Positions 38,310 through 45,826 are shown, numbered from the stretch's first letter. The stretch: DNA of 64,000 nucleotides from Nitrospirota bacterium (GCA_016194285.1 JACQBZ010000096.1:8974-72973), one strand, 5' to 3'. Made by a program: numbers and translations. Notes: generated from the letters alone by a model not told the origin.

Positions 38310-38991
38310 GTGAAACCGATGCGCTCCTGGGATCGGCGAAAGTTCCTCCAAATCTCCGGCCTAAGCACCCTGCTTAGCCTGGGCGCTAACAGGGCTCAGG
38401 GTGCGATCTATTTTCTTAAAACGTTCCTATCGCTCCCTCCCCGGAATACCCCGCCCGTCACACCGAATTCCCAATTCTACGTTTACGACCTGGGCCGCAT
38501 GTCGAAACGGCTACCCTCTGCGCGCCGTTGTGCCGGGAATTTATGGAATGAAGAATGTGAAATGGATTATGGAAATCGAAGTAACCGATGCGGATTATCT
38601 GGGATATTGGCAACAGCGGGGGTGGTCGGATGAAGCTCTCATTGGAATCATGTCCCGGATCGACAGTCCCGGCGCCTATCAGGAGCTGAGCGGTTTGAAG
38701 CAGGTCATCCGAGGCATCGCCTTCGCCGGCTCGTCCGGAATCCAGAAGGTCGAGGTCAGCACCGACGGTGGGCGACGTTGGAACCTCGCGCAACTTAATC
38801 CGCCCCTCTCCGCTTACACATGGGTATTCTGGCGGTTTGACTGGCAAGTCCCTCAGCCGGGGATCTATCGCATCGTTGTCCGCGCCGCCGATCGATCGGG
38901 CCGCCTTCAGACCGCTGAGTACAGTCGAGGATTTCCAGACGGGACGACCGGCTTCCATGCGATCACCGTGGAGGTGGTCCAGCGATCTTAA
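38310..38991 (+). pseudogene. Sulfite-oxidase-family molybdoenzyme gene with internal deletion and frameshift
   Basis: Frame 1 gives a Tat signal (RRKFLQISGLSTLL) and TPNSQFYVYD. Frame 2 continues with NGYPLRAVVPGIYGMKNVKWIMEIEV and a Mo-co dimerisation-like domain. About 150-180 aa of the catalytic core expected between these blocks are absent. Confidence 0.7.
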
Positions 38992-39002
38992 GTCTTTCCC
39001 TG

Positions 39003-39055
39003 GAAATAACGTGGTGTCCCCAAGGGGATTCGAACCCCTGTTACCGCCGTGAAAG
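39003..39055. repeat. Island attachment-site repeat (left): copy of the tRNA-Glu 3' end plus 9 nt
   Basis: This 53-nt sequence is identical to 45657-45709, checked base by base. Confidence 0.9.
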
Positions 39056-39185
39056 TTCTTAAGTGGCATTTTTCACAGGGTCTTGATTTTGGGCTGGTTT
39101 CCCCGTTTTTCTTCTGAAATCAACGCATTGCTTGTGGTCTACTGATTCTATTAGGTCCATCCATTATTGGGATTTTTGAAGAGTT

Positions 39186-39204
39186 TTAGCACAATTTTAG
39201 CACA
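39186..39204. repeat. Tandem TTAGCACA motifs (11-bp register) near the left island end; a third copy lies at 39246-39253
   Basis: The sequence reads TTAGCACAATTTTAGCACA. The same doublet with the same 11-bp spacing occurs at 45597-45615. Confidence 0.6.
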
Positions 39205-39335
39205 GTGCTGTGGTGGGGTGAACCCCTCGGTTGAGACAATCTGGATTAGCACACTTGCGGTTTAATGGATTGTCCTGCTCATCGGATCGCTACATTTCCT
39301 TCATGTCTAAAAAATAGTCAGGCCCTTTATACCGA

Positions 39336-39659
39336 TTATCGAACTATCGCTCTTAAGACCTTTACTGCAATCTTTAACTTGTCAGGTGTAGCTTCCTTCA
39401 TCAAATCATTCAGAACTTCCTTCAGTTCCTTCGGATTTTCAGCTTCGTGAGCGAATTCAAAAAAGTCTTTCAATTCCACATGTAACGCACCGGCCAGTTT
39501 TGCCAGGGTATCCAAAGAAGGAAAACTCCCTCCAACTTCTATTCTGCTTAAGTGTTTCGCGTCTATTCCGACCTTTTCAGAGAGTTTTTCCTGCGATACC
39601 CCCTTTGTCTTCCGAATCTCTTTAACCCTTGCCCCAAGTTGTTCTTTTATCGTTCTCAT
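39336..39659 (-). CDS. XRE-family helix-turn-helix regulator
   Basis: The 107-aa ORF has the HTH_3 pattern GARVKEIRKTKGVSQEKLSEKVGIDAKHLSRIEVG. Confidence 0.85.
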   Translation of the reverse strand: MRTIKEQLGARVKEIRKTKGVSQEKLSEKVGIDAKHLSRIEVGGSFPSLDTLAKLAGALHVELKDFFEFAHEAENPKELKEVLNDLMKEATPDKLKIAVKVLRAIVR

Positions 39660-39959
39660 AAGCCCCCCCCAGGATGGCTTATGTTCATCCTTGAGAGCCG
39701 TTTATGGAACAGCATGAGATGTAGAGTTTATTGACAAAGTACGTATTTGAGGTAGACTTATCTACATTGAGAACAGGTATTATAGTAATTTATCAGCATT
39801 ACAGAGGGTGTTAAGTAATGGCATATTCCACATCTGAAGAAATGTGAATGCGCCCTAAAGCGGCTTGCAGTTATCCAACTGGGGGGAGCGATCCTGATCT
39901 GGACCAGTTTATGACCACAAGAAATGGCTATCAACTGCAAACAAAAGGAGGAAGACAAC

Positions 39960-40337
39960 ATGAAGAAGGTGATCGCGGTGTTGTTGCTTGTTGTGAATTG
40001 CATGGGCTGTGGCACTTTGTTTAATGGGACGACAAAGAATGTTGGCATTTCGTCAAGTCCCTCAGGGGCGCAAGTAATCGTGGATGGCCGTTCCTATATC
40101 ACCCCGGCTCAGGTGGGACTTAAACGAAACCAGACCTACGCCATTACGGTTCAAAAGGAAGGATATGAACCCGCTGGAGCAACGGTACAGCGGTCCGTTT
40201 CTGGATGGATTTGGGCCGATGTGGTCTCCATGCTCGCGGGTGGAGCTGGACTGCTGGGCTTGATTGTCGATTTTGTGGATGGCGGTGCTTATGATTTGGA
40301 ACCGGATAACGTTAACGTGAATCTTCAGAAAAAATAG
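39960..40337 (+). CDS. PEGA-domain lipoprotein
   Basis: The start MKKVIAVLLLVVNCMGCG (lipobox) follows the SD AAGGAGG. A PEGA-like segment (AQVIVDGRSYITPAQVGL...ITVQKEGYEP) follows. The ORF track begins at 39924. Confidence 0.75.
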   Translation: MKKVIAVLLLVVNCMGCGTLFNGTTKNVGISSSPSGAQVIVDGRSYITPAQVGLKRNQTYAITVQKEGYEPAGATVQRSVSGWIWADVVSMLAGGAGLLGLIVDFVDGGAYDLEPDNVNVNLQKK

Positions 40338-40415
40338 CGAGTGCGTTGCTTCTTTGCAAACCTATAGGTTTATTTTGATCAAAGCACTCAGACAACGAGC
40401 AACGAGGAGGGAACA

Positions 40416-40640
40416 ATGAATAGGTTGAAGAACGTTATAAGCATAGCCATTGTTGTGTTGATGTTCAGCATGGTGGGCTGTGCGGCTTCGATGGTACTGA
40501 TGAAGAACGACAAAGGGGAGATCGCCCGCTGCGAACCGAACACCGGATCGACAATCGCTTTCGGCTATATTGGCAGCAAGATGTCGGTCAATTCCTGTGT
40601 GGCCGAGTACGAAAAGCTGGGGTACAAGCGGGTGCAGTAG
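40416..40640 (+). CDS. Small lipoprotein, unknown function
   Basis: The 74-aa ORF has a signal peptide with the lipobox LMFSMVGC and is preceded by the SD GAGGAGGG. Confidence 0.6.
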   Translation: MNRLKNVISIAIVVLMFSMVGCAASMVLMKNDKGEIARCEPNTGSTIAFGYIGSKMSVNSCVAEYEKLGYKRVQ

Positions 40641-40723
40641 GCGAAGCCGGAAACCCACGTCGGCCAAGAGTACCCCTACCCCGCTGATTTGTTTCACCGC
40701 CCTGTTAAATTCGCAAAGGCCGG

Positions 40724-41653
40724 TTACAAGCCTTTTGTTTTTACCACAGTGTCAATTCGCTTGAATCTAAGCTCATCTATAAATTGTTGAACTTGGGCGT
40801 TTTGCAAAAAATCAGGGATCAACACTACAATTAGCTCTGAACCGTAACGGCTGGCATACTGGTCCATTTGTCCCAAGGCGCGCTGAAGTTCACTGTTGCT
40901 CTTGGGCATCTTGAACTCCACACCGACACCACCCTGTTGAGGATGTCCGATATGGAAGTCGATCTTCAACGTTGTGCCGTGCGCAACAGGAAGCTGCTCA
41001 TGTACATTATCTGGATCAAAAATCTCTAACATTTCGTCCATAAAGTCTTGATAACAATCCTTCTCATACTCATAGTTCTTTAGAATAGGGTACCATTTAA
41101 CAAACGGAATAACGGTTTGCTTGGTTATTGGTATCGCATCCGAGAGAGTGGGCAACCAGCCTTCACGATACCCGATCTCACGATAAATTCTCCTGACGAG
41201 AATATTTTTCGGTCCCTCGCTGTCTATATCGAGCTCTTGACAAATCTCAGATAAGGTTGCCGCATTGTAAGGGTTGAGATAAAAGATGGTCTGTTCTGGA
41301 AAGTCCTCAGGAGACATGGAAAGGTATTTCGTGTGTTGCTTTATACGGACCATCTTCTCTTCTACGGTACCAACTGGATCTTGACCTATTTTTCGTAACC
41401 AATCTGACAGCTCTTGAGAAGTTGAAAAATCGAGATAGCATTGAAGAAGTTTTTCTCTGAATTGCATGTCTACAGTGGGCTTGGCTTCATCTACAGAGGA
41501 CGTAGAGGAAATGCCAGACGGCACAGACGTGGTATCGTTGGTCAGCGGAGCGGCTTTATTGTCCGGTTCTGAAGTAGAAGGAACCTGCTTGCCACAGGAT
41601 GGACAGAACCGAGCCTTATTAGGAACGTTCGACCCACATGAAACACAGAACAT
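40724..41653 (-). CDS. Zinc-ribbon / tandem SAP-like / PD-(D/E)xK-like protein, unknown function
   Basis: The start MFCVSCGSNVPNKARFCPSCG follows the SD GGGGAGGA. There are two SAP-like helices (ELSDWLRKIGQDPVGTVEEKMVRI; TLSEICQELDIDSEGPKNILVRRI). The C-terminus reads LKIDFHIG...GVGVEFKMP...Q, a D...ExK pattern. Confidence 0.75.
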   Translation of the reverse strand: MFCVSCGSNVPNKARFCPSCGKQVPSTSEPDNKAAPLTNDTTSVPSGISSTSSVDEAKPTVDMQFREKLLQCYLDFSTSQELSDWLRKIGQDPVGTVEEKMVRIKQHTKYLSMSPEDFPEQTIFYLNPYNAATLSEICQELDIDSEGPKNILVRRIYREIGYREGWLPTLSDAIPITKQTVIPFVKWYPILKNYEYEKDCYQDFMDEMLEIFDPDNVHEQLPVAHGTTLKIDFHIGHPQQGGVGVEFKMPKSNSELQRALGQMDQYASRYGSELIVVLIPDFLQNAQVQQFIDELRFKRIDTVVKTKGL

Positions 41654-41773
41654 AGCTTTTATCCTCCCCAATGGTGATATTCCGACTACTAACTTCTTTA
41701 GTGCTTCTATTTTGGACCCTCCAACTTTAGCGCTTTTACAGGCTGCCTATGAAAGAGTGAGGCGTTTTATCTT

Positions 41774-42418
41774 CTAAGAGCATTGCCCTGAGGTAGTCGG
41801 ATAAGAACCGCTTGAGGTCTCAATATCCATACGATATAGATCTAACGCCGAATCAAGAAATACGTCTTCATTCCATATCTCAAACTTCTTTTTATTATAT
41901 CGCCAACCGATGTTTACGTTGTCGTGGCTCCATTTGTCCCCGCCCCCGAAATCATTTAGGATGTCGGCGATGAGCGACCAACATGGTTTACGCGTTAAGC
42001 GCTTAAAGTACGCCTGTAAAATCCAAACAAAAGTCCACTGCGTTGCGGGAGGCTTTGTCCTGACTTTCTGTACGCGTTTATCCAGACGTGGTATGGAGAT
42101 AAACTTGCCAGTATCATCCATAATCTGTTCGGTATAGTATTCCATTTTTCCCAGTTGCTTTAGTCCCCGAAGATAAAGTTGCTTCCAGATATCTTTCCAT
42201 CTTTTTCCTTCTTTTTTCATGAGATGACGCTTCATCTTCTTATAATTTGCTTCCTTTCGATTCTTAGCTTCCTTCCCATGACCGGTAACAAACGGTAGGG
42301 TTAGGGGGTTTAGCATGTGCTGATCCTCGGCCAACCAACGGACAAAATCCACGTTTCCACCGATTTCGTTTAATTTTTGCTTCCAGTCCAGGCTGGACCT
42401 CATCCGCTTCCTTCCCAT
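41774..42418 (-). CDS. Hypothetical basic protein, no recognisable domain
   Basis: The 214-aa ORF is Lys/Arg-rich and AT-rich. An alternative start lies at 42403, after a GGAAGGA SD. Confidence 0.6.
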   Translation of the reverse strand: MGRKRMRSSLDWKQKLNEIGGNVDFVRWLAEDQHMLNPLTLPFVTGHGKEAKNRKEANYKKMKRHLMKKEGKRWKDIWKQLYLRGLKQLGKMEYYTEQIMDDTGKFISIPRLDKRVQKVRTKPPATQWTFVWILQAYFKRLTRKPCWSLIADILNDFGGGDKWSHDNVNIGWRYNKKKFEIWNEDVFLDSALDLYRMDIETSSGSYPTTSGQCS

Positions 42419-42472
42419 CTCGTGTCCAAAAAAAGGGGTGGTATTGTAATATCTCTCTTTTATTAGAAATAG

Positions 42473-42504
42473 TATACTCCGATATTATAAAAAATATACT
42501 CCGA
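42473..42504. promoter_or_regulatory. Direct repeats TATACTCCGA x2 (22-bp register) in a divergent promoter region
   Basis: Identical 10-mers lie at 42473-42482 and 42495-42504. They sit between the minus-strand gene start (42418) and the plus-strand mini-ORF (42507). Confidence 0.4.
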
Positions 42505-42506
42505 GC

Positions 42507-42620
42507 ATGGACAAGGAACAAGAGAAAAAGCGAGGTTTGCTGATAATCCGGGAGGCCGCAAAGGTGTTTGAAAAGAGCCGTGTTATCGAAACCAAGAAGG
42601 GAGGTGAAACCTATGCCTAA
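42507..42620 (+). CDS. Candidate 37-aa mini-ORF
   Basis: Own translation: MDKEQEKKRGLLIIREAAKVFEKSRVIETKKGGETYA*. Its stop overlaps the next ATG (ATGCCTAA). Confidence 0.25.
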   Translation: MDKEQEKKRGLLIIREAAKVFEKSRVIETKKGGETYA

Positions 42621-42744
42621 GAAACGAGAGCTTGAAGAGCGTGTCGCAGAGCTGGAAGAAAAATTGGAGGAAGCCCGTGACCTCATTGTTGAGGCTCTTG
42701 GTCTTGAAGATGAAGACGACGCTGAGTTCGAAGGAGACGGATGA
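42613..42744 (+). CDS. Candidate 43-aa acidic coiled-coil mini-protein
   Basis: Own translation: MPKKRELEERVAELEEKLEEARDLIVEALGLEDEDDAEFEGDG*. A strong SD (GGGAGGTGA) lies upstream. Confidence 0.35.
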   Translation: MPKKRELEERVAELEEKLEEARDLIVEALGLEDEDDAEFEGDG

Positions 42745-42870
42745 CGGTGAGTAGTCCGTTAATAGGGGGAGAATAAGGGGCGGTGTTATCTATCTCGGAT
42801 ACCATCCGCCCCCTTTCCCAAAAACAGGATAATTGATATACACCAATGTGATGACAGGTGAAAGATGACA

Positions 42871-43161
42871 CTACCCTACCAGAAAAGGCACACGACGGGT
42901 CCGGGGTTTCTTTTTGCCGTTCTTGGAGCGAGACGGCGGATTGTGAGCGAAGGCAGGGCGTTCGCGAGAGAGTCTTCGCATCTCCCATCGGGTACCATCC
43001 GGTGCTATGTAGATCTGAACCAGCTTGACCCCTTTCATCAAGGGAGCCAGTGGGACCATCTCCCGGTCATCAAAATACTCGATCGTGTCGTGGGTATCCC
43101 AGAACTCTCGCTCCTCCGACCGGGATTTGAACTTTGGGATCGGTTTCGTCCTACTCTTCAT
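42871..43161 (-). CDS. BrnA/CopG-antitoxin-like protein (N-terminal motif only; possibly degraded)
   Basis: The N-terminus KPIPKFKSRSEEREFWDTHDTIEYFD matches the BrnA-type antitoxin signature. The rest is atypical. No BrnT-like toxin is seen nearby. Confidence 0.45.
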   Translation of the reverse strand: MKSRTKPIPKFKSRSEEREFWDTHDTIEYFDDREMVPLAPLMKGVKLVQIYIAPDGTRWEMRRLSRERPAFAHNPPSRSKNGKKKPRTRRVPFLVG

Positions 43162-43227
43162 GCTTATCTGGTTCTCTCAGCAACATACAAGTTTTTGTAG
43201 ATTATGAAGGCGGATAGAAAAATGCTG

Positions 43228-43413
43228 TTACCGTTTACGCAGAGCTTGTGCCGCAAGAAGACCGATACCCATCATAAATATCAAGGCAATATCTTTGTCA
43301 TAAATTCTCATCTCGAACGAGTCGCCAAAGTAGGAAACATCCAGAATGGGCTGCCTGTAAGTTCTCGGAGCGGCCTGATAAACCGCCGGATTATTATTGG
43401 AGTTAATATACAT
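43228..43413 (-). CDS. Hypothetical small protein with C-terminal hydrophobic helix
   Basis: The 61-aa ORF is preceded by the SD AAAGGAGA, 7 nt upstream. Confidence 0.4.
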   Translation of the reverse strand: MYINSNNNPAVYQAAPRTYRQPILDVSYFGDSFEMRIYDKDIALIFMMGIGLLAAQALRKR

Positions 43414-43519
43414 TTGTTTTCTCCTTTGTTAGTTAATGTTCCGCAGGAGTTTGGCTTTCTCCATAATTGTTATATCATACCATGAAAGTTGAACATTTTC
43501 AAGGCAAGAGGGAGCAACT

Positions 43520-44209
43520 ATGCCCTGGATGACGATAAGAGAAGCGGCGGAAACCTTGAAGGTTAGCCGAAGAACAATCCGCCGAATGATTAAAGCGGGT
43601 ACTCTGACTTCCCGGTTAGAGAATGGAATGCGCCTTGTCCTGTTGCGTAGGGGTAAGGAGATTGCCCCGGTGGAGCAGGAAACAGGTCGGAATCAAGGAC
43701 TACTGTCCATCTTGTTTGAGACTTACGAATCCTTCCGGGCACTCAAGGCGCGGTGTCTTAGTCGGTTAGCTTTAGAAAAAACTGCGGGCGGCTTATTTAC
43801 AGAACTTTCCGATCAGGAAAGAAGGCCCGCATTTGAGGGCTGGGTCCCCCTTTATCAGAAAATTCAAGCCCTCTATAAATCCCTGGATGGAATGGTTAGC
43901 AAAATGACCCTCACCAGGGATGTCCTTCAAGGGGTCTATCGAGGGACGCTGGATGTCCGGGAGACGTGGGGCCGGTATGACCTAAGGGACAGCGAATATG
44001 ATATTGCAGCCAATCAAGAAGTAAGCGATGAAAATACCCAGGCCATTATGGACAGCATCCTGAACGGCCTAAAAAAGTTACTCATCGGGTGCGTCAACCC
44101 CAGTGATGCACCTGACACGGGGTGTGACATTGAGTATGACACTGAGCGTGACATGTCCTATGACACGCCCTCGGAGCGCCTCTATGATACGGACAATAAT
44201 GATGAGTGA
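43520..44209 (+). CDS. Helix-turn-helix (excisionase/MerR-type) DNA-binding protein
   Basis: The N-terminus reads MTIREAAETLKVSRRTIRRMIKAGTL and the SD AGAGGGAG lies upstream. The remaining ~170 aa match nothing I recognise. Confidence 0.7.
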   Translation: MPWMTIREAAETLKVSRRTIRRMIKAGTLTSRLENGMRLVLLRRGKEIAPVEQETGRNQGLLSILFETYESFRALKARCLSRLALEKTAGGLFTELSDQERRPAFEGWVPLYQKIQALYKSLDGMVSKMTLTRDVLQGVYRGTLDVRETWGRYDLRDSEYDIAANQEVSDENTQAIMDSILNGLKKLLIGCVNPSDAPDTGCDIEYDTERDMSYDTPSERLYDTDNNDE

Positions 44210-44513
44210 CATCTACTTGGACATAAAGGACCTGTCAAAGCACCTTAAAATTAAACGGTCCACCCTGTACGCATGGGTGTCTCAGGGCAAGATCCCCCAT
44301 GTGAAGGTCCATAGCCTCATACGCTTTCAAAAAGAGGAGATTGACCGCTGGCTGGAGTCATTCAAGAAAGACAACTCGACGCCTTCCCCTATCATCCCCG
44401 AAGGCCGGGAAAAGGCCCCGCTTGACATTTTGATTGATAGGGCCAAGCGGGATGTCTATAATACCCAGCGCGGGAAAACCGGCCCTCTCTCAAGACCCGG
44501 AAGGGAGGGATGA
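44199..44513 (+). CDS. xis: AlpA/excisionase-family HTH protein
   Basis: Sequence: MMSDIYLDIKDLSKHLKIKRSTLYAWVSQGKIPHVKV...IRFQKEEIDRWL. The start overlaps the previous stop (ATGATGAGTGA). The ORF track begins at 44103. Confidence 0.8.
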   Translation: MMSDIYLDIKDLSKHLKIKRSTLYAWVSQGKIPHVKVHSLIRFQKEEIDRWLESFKKDNSTPSPIIPEGREKAPLDILIDRAKRDVYNTQRGKTGPLSRPGREG

Positions 44514-45658
44514 GAATGGGATTAGTCAGGAGAGGCCGGATGTGGTGGATGAGTTTTTCGTATCAAGGAAAGCAAGTAAGACGGTCAACTGGGACTTCCG
44601 ACCGAAAGCTGGCCGAGGCAATCCTGGCCAAGGTCAGGGTGAACATCGTGGAAGGCCGTTATTTTGAGATGCTGCAAGAGAGGGAACGAACCTTCCGCGA
44701 GATGATGGACCGGTATATGAAAGAGTGTGCTCCAAAGAAAGCCTCGAAGAGCAACCTGCGGGATCAAACCTGCCTCAAGCATCTCCTCCCATACTTTGGG
44801 GAGAAAGCTCTGGCCGAAGTCACGCCGAAACTGATCGCTGCTTACAAAGTGAAGCGGCGGGAAGAGGGATCTGCCCCGGCGACATTAAATAATGAACAAC
44901 GGGATGCTCGCAAGCGCCGTCAAAAGGCAGCAGCCCCGGCCACACTGAATAAGGAGCTTGGGCTGATGAAGGCTGCCTTTAATGTAGCGATCCGCGAGTG
45001 GGAGTGGTGCAGGGATAACCCTGTCCGGCGAGTGTCGATGGAGCGGGTAAATAATGCCCGCGTCCGCTGGGTGAACGATGATGAGTTTGCGTCCGTGCTT
45101 GAGCGCTGTCCGGACTGGCTCAAGCCCATTGTTCAGGTGGCCCGTTATACCGGTATGAGGCGGGAGAACATCATCGGGTTACAGTGGGACCAGGTGGACT
45201 TCTTCCGAAAGGTGATTCTGCTGGATCAGACGAAGAACGGGGACCGGCTGGGAATTCCGTTATGCGAGCGGGTGGTCGAGGTGTTCAAGGTCTTAGCAAG
45301 GGTAAGGCATATCCGGTCAAAATACGTATTCACCGGACCGGAGGGTCAGCCTTATGAGGGAGCGGCTGCAAGCATGGCCTTTATTCGGGCTTGCCGAGCC
45401 GCTGGGATCGAAAATTTCCGATTCCATGACCTTCGGCATACCTTTGCTTCCTTGCTGGTTCAAAGAGGCGTAGACCTCTACCGTGTCCAGCGATTGTTAG
45501 GTCATCGGGATGGCCGGATGACGCAACGTTACAGTCACCTGTCACCTGAGAATTTACGGGAGGCTGTATGGGTTTTCGATCAGGATTGTGATAGATTTAG
45601 CACAAATTTAGCACAATCGCGAATTTTGAAAAAAGGCGGGAACAATACAAGCCATTGA
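44510..45658 (+). CDS. int: Tyrosine recombinase (phage-type integrase)
   Basis: The 382-aa ORF has the catalytic region ARYTGMRRENI...HDLRHTFAS...LGHRDGRMTQRYSHL. It lies adjacent to the tRNA. Confidence 0.95.
   Translation: MRMGLVRRGRMWWMSFSYQGKQVRRSTGTSDRKLAEAILAKVRVNIVEGRYFEMLQERERTFREMMDRYMKECAPKKASKSNLRDQTCLKHLLPYFGEKALAEVTPKLIAAYKVKRREEGSAPATLNNEQRDARKRRQKAAAPATLNKELGLMKAAFNVAIREWEWCRDNPVRRVSMERVNNARVRWVNDDEFASVLERCPDWLKPIVQVARYTGMRRENIIGLQWDQVDFFRKVILLDQTKNGDRLGIPLCERVVEVFKVLARVRHIRSKYVFTGPEGQPYEGAAASMAFIRACRAAGIENFRFHDLRHTFASLLVQRGVDLYRVQRLLGHRDGRMTQRYSHLSPENLREAVWVFDQDCDRFSTNLAQSRILKKGGNNTSH
45597..45615. repeat. Tandem TTAGCACA motifs (11-bp register) near the right island end, inside the int 3' end
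   Basis: The sequence reads TTAGCACAAATTTAGCACA, with the same orientation and spacing as 39186-39204. Confidence 0.6.
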
Positions 45659-45709
45659 AATAACGTGGTGTCCCCAAGGGGATTCGAACCCCTGTTACCG
45701 CCGTGAAAG
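45657..45709. repeat. Island attachment-site repeat (right), overlapping the functional tRNA-Glu 3' end
   Basis: This 53-nt sequence is identical to 39003-39055. Confidence 0.9.
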
Positions 45710-45743
45710 GGCGATGTCCTAGGCCGGGCTAGACGATGGGGAC
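45666..45743 (-). tRNA. tRNA-Glu (anticodon UUC), CCA encoded
   Basis: The reverse complement reads GTCCCCATCGTCTAGCCCGGCCTAGGACATCGCCCTTTCACGGCGGTAACAGGGGTTCGAATCCCCTTGGGGACACCA. It is close to E. coli tRNA-Glu and has the anticodon loop CTTTCAC. Confidence 0.9.
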
Positions 45744-45753
45744 ACACGAGGAG

Positions 45754-45826
45754 TGAGCCGCCCGGGATTCGAACCCGGGACACCCGCCTTAAAAGGGCGG
45801 TGCTCTACCAACTGAGCTAGCGGCTC
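45754..45826 (-). tRNA. tRNA-Lys (anticodon UUU)
   Basis: The reverse complement reads GAGCCGCTAGCTCAGTTGGTAGAGCACCGCCCTTTTAAGGCGGGTGTCCCGGGTTCGAATCCCGGGCGGCTCA. It has a cloverleaf with the anticodon loop CTTTTAA. Confidence 0.9.

Larger units (their letters stand above)
39003..45709. mobile_element. Integrated genomic island (~6.7 kb) in the 3' end of tRNA-Glu(UUC)
   Basis: It is bounded by perfect 53-bp direct repeats. A tyrosine integrase and excisionase sit next to the intact tRNA. The cargo is visibly more AT-rich than the flanks. Confidence 0.85.

Noticed and set aside
39003-39055. Calling the left repeat a tRNA gene
   Set aside because: It contains only the 3' 44 nt of tRNA-Glu (T-arm, acceptor 3' strand and part of the anticodon stem). 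The sequence beyond diverges completely, so it is an att-site remnant and not a gene.
38458-39069. 203-aa minus-strand ORF overlapping the molybdoenzyme pseudogene and the att repeat
   Set aside because: It is antisense to clearly recognisable sulfite-oxidase-family sequence and reads through the tRNA-derived repeat. It is a shadow ORF.
40362-40697. 111-aa minus-strand ORF opposite the small lipoprotein gene
   Set aside because: It has no SD, and the plus-strand ORF has a strong SD plus a signal peptide with lipobox.
42264-42988. Minus-strand ORFs 42264-42686 and 42683-42988
   Set aside because: They span the divergent promoter region and overlap better-supported features. Their products are low-complexity Ser/Arg-rich and they have no SD.
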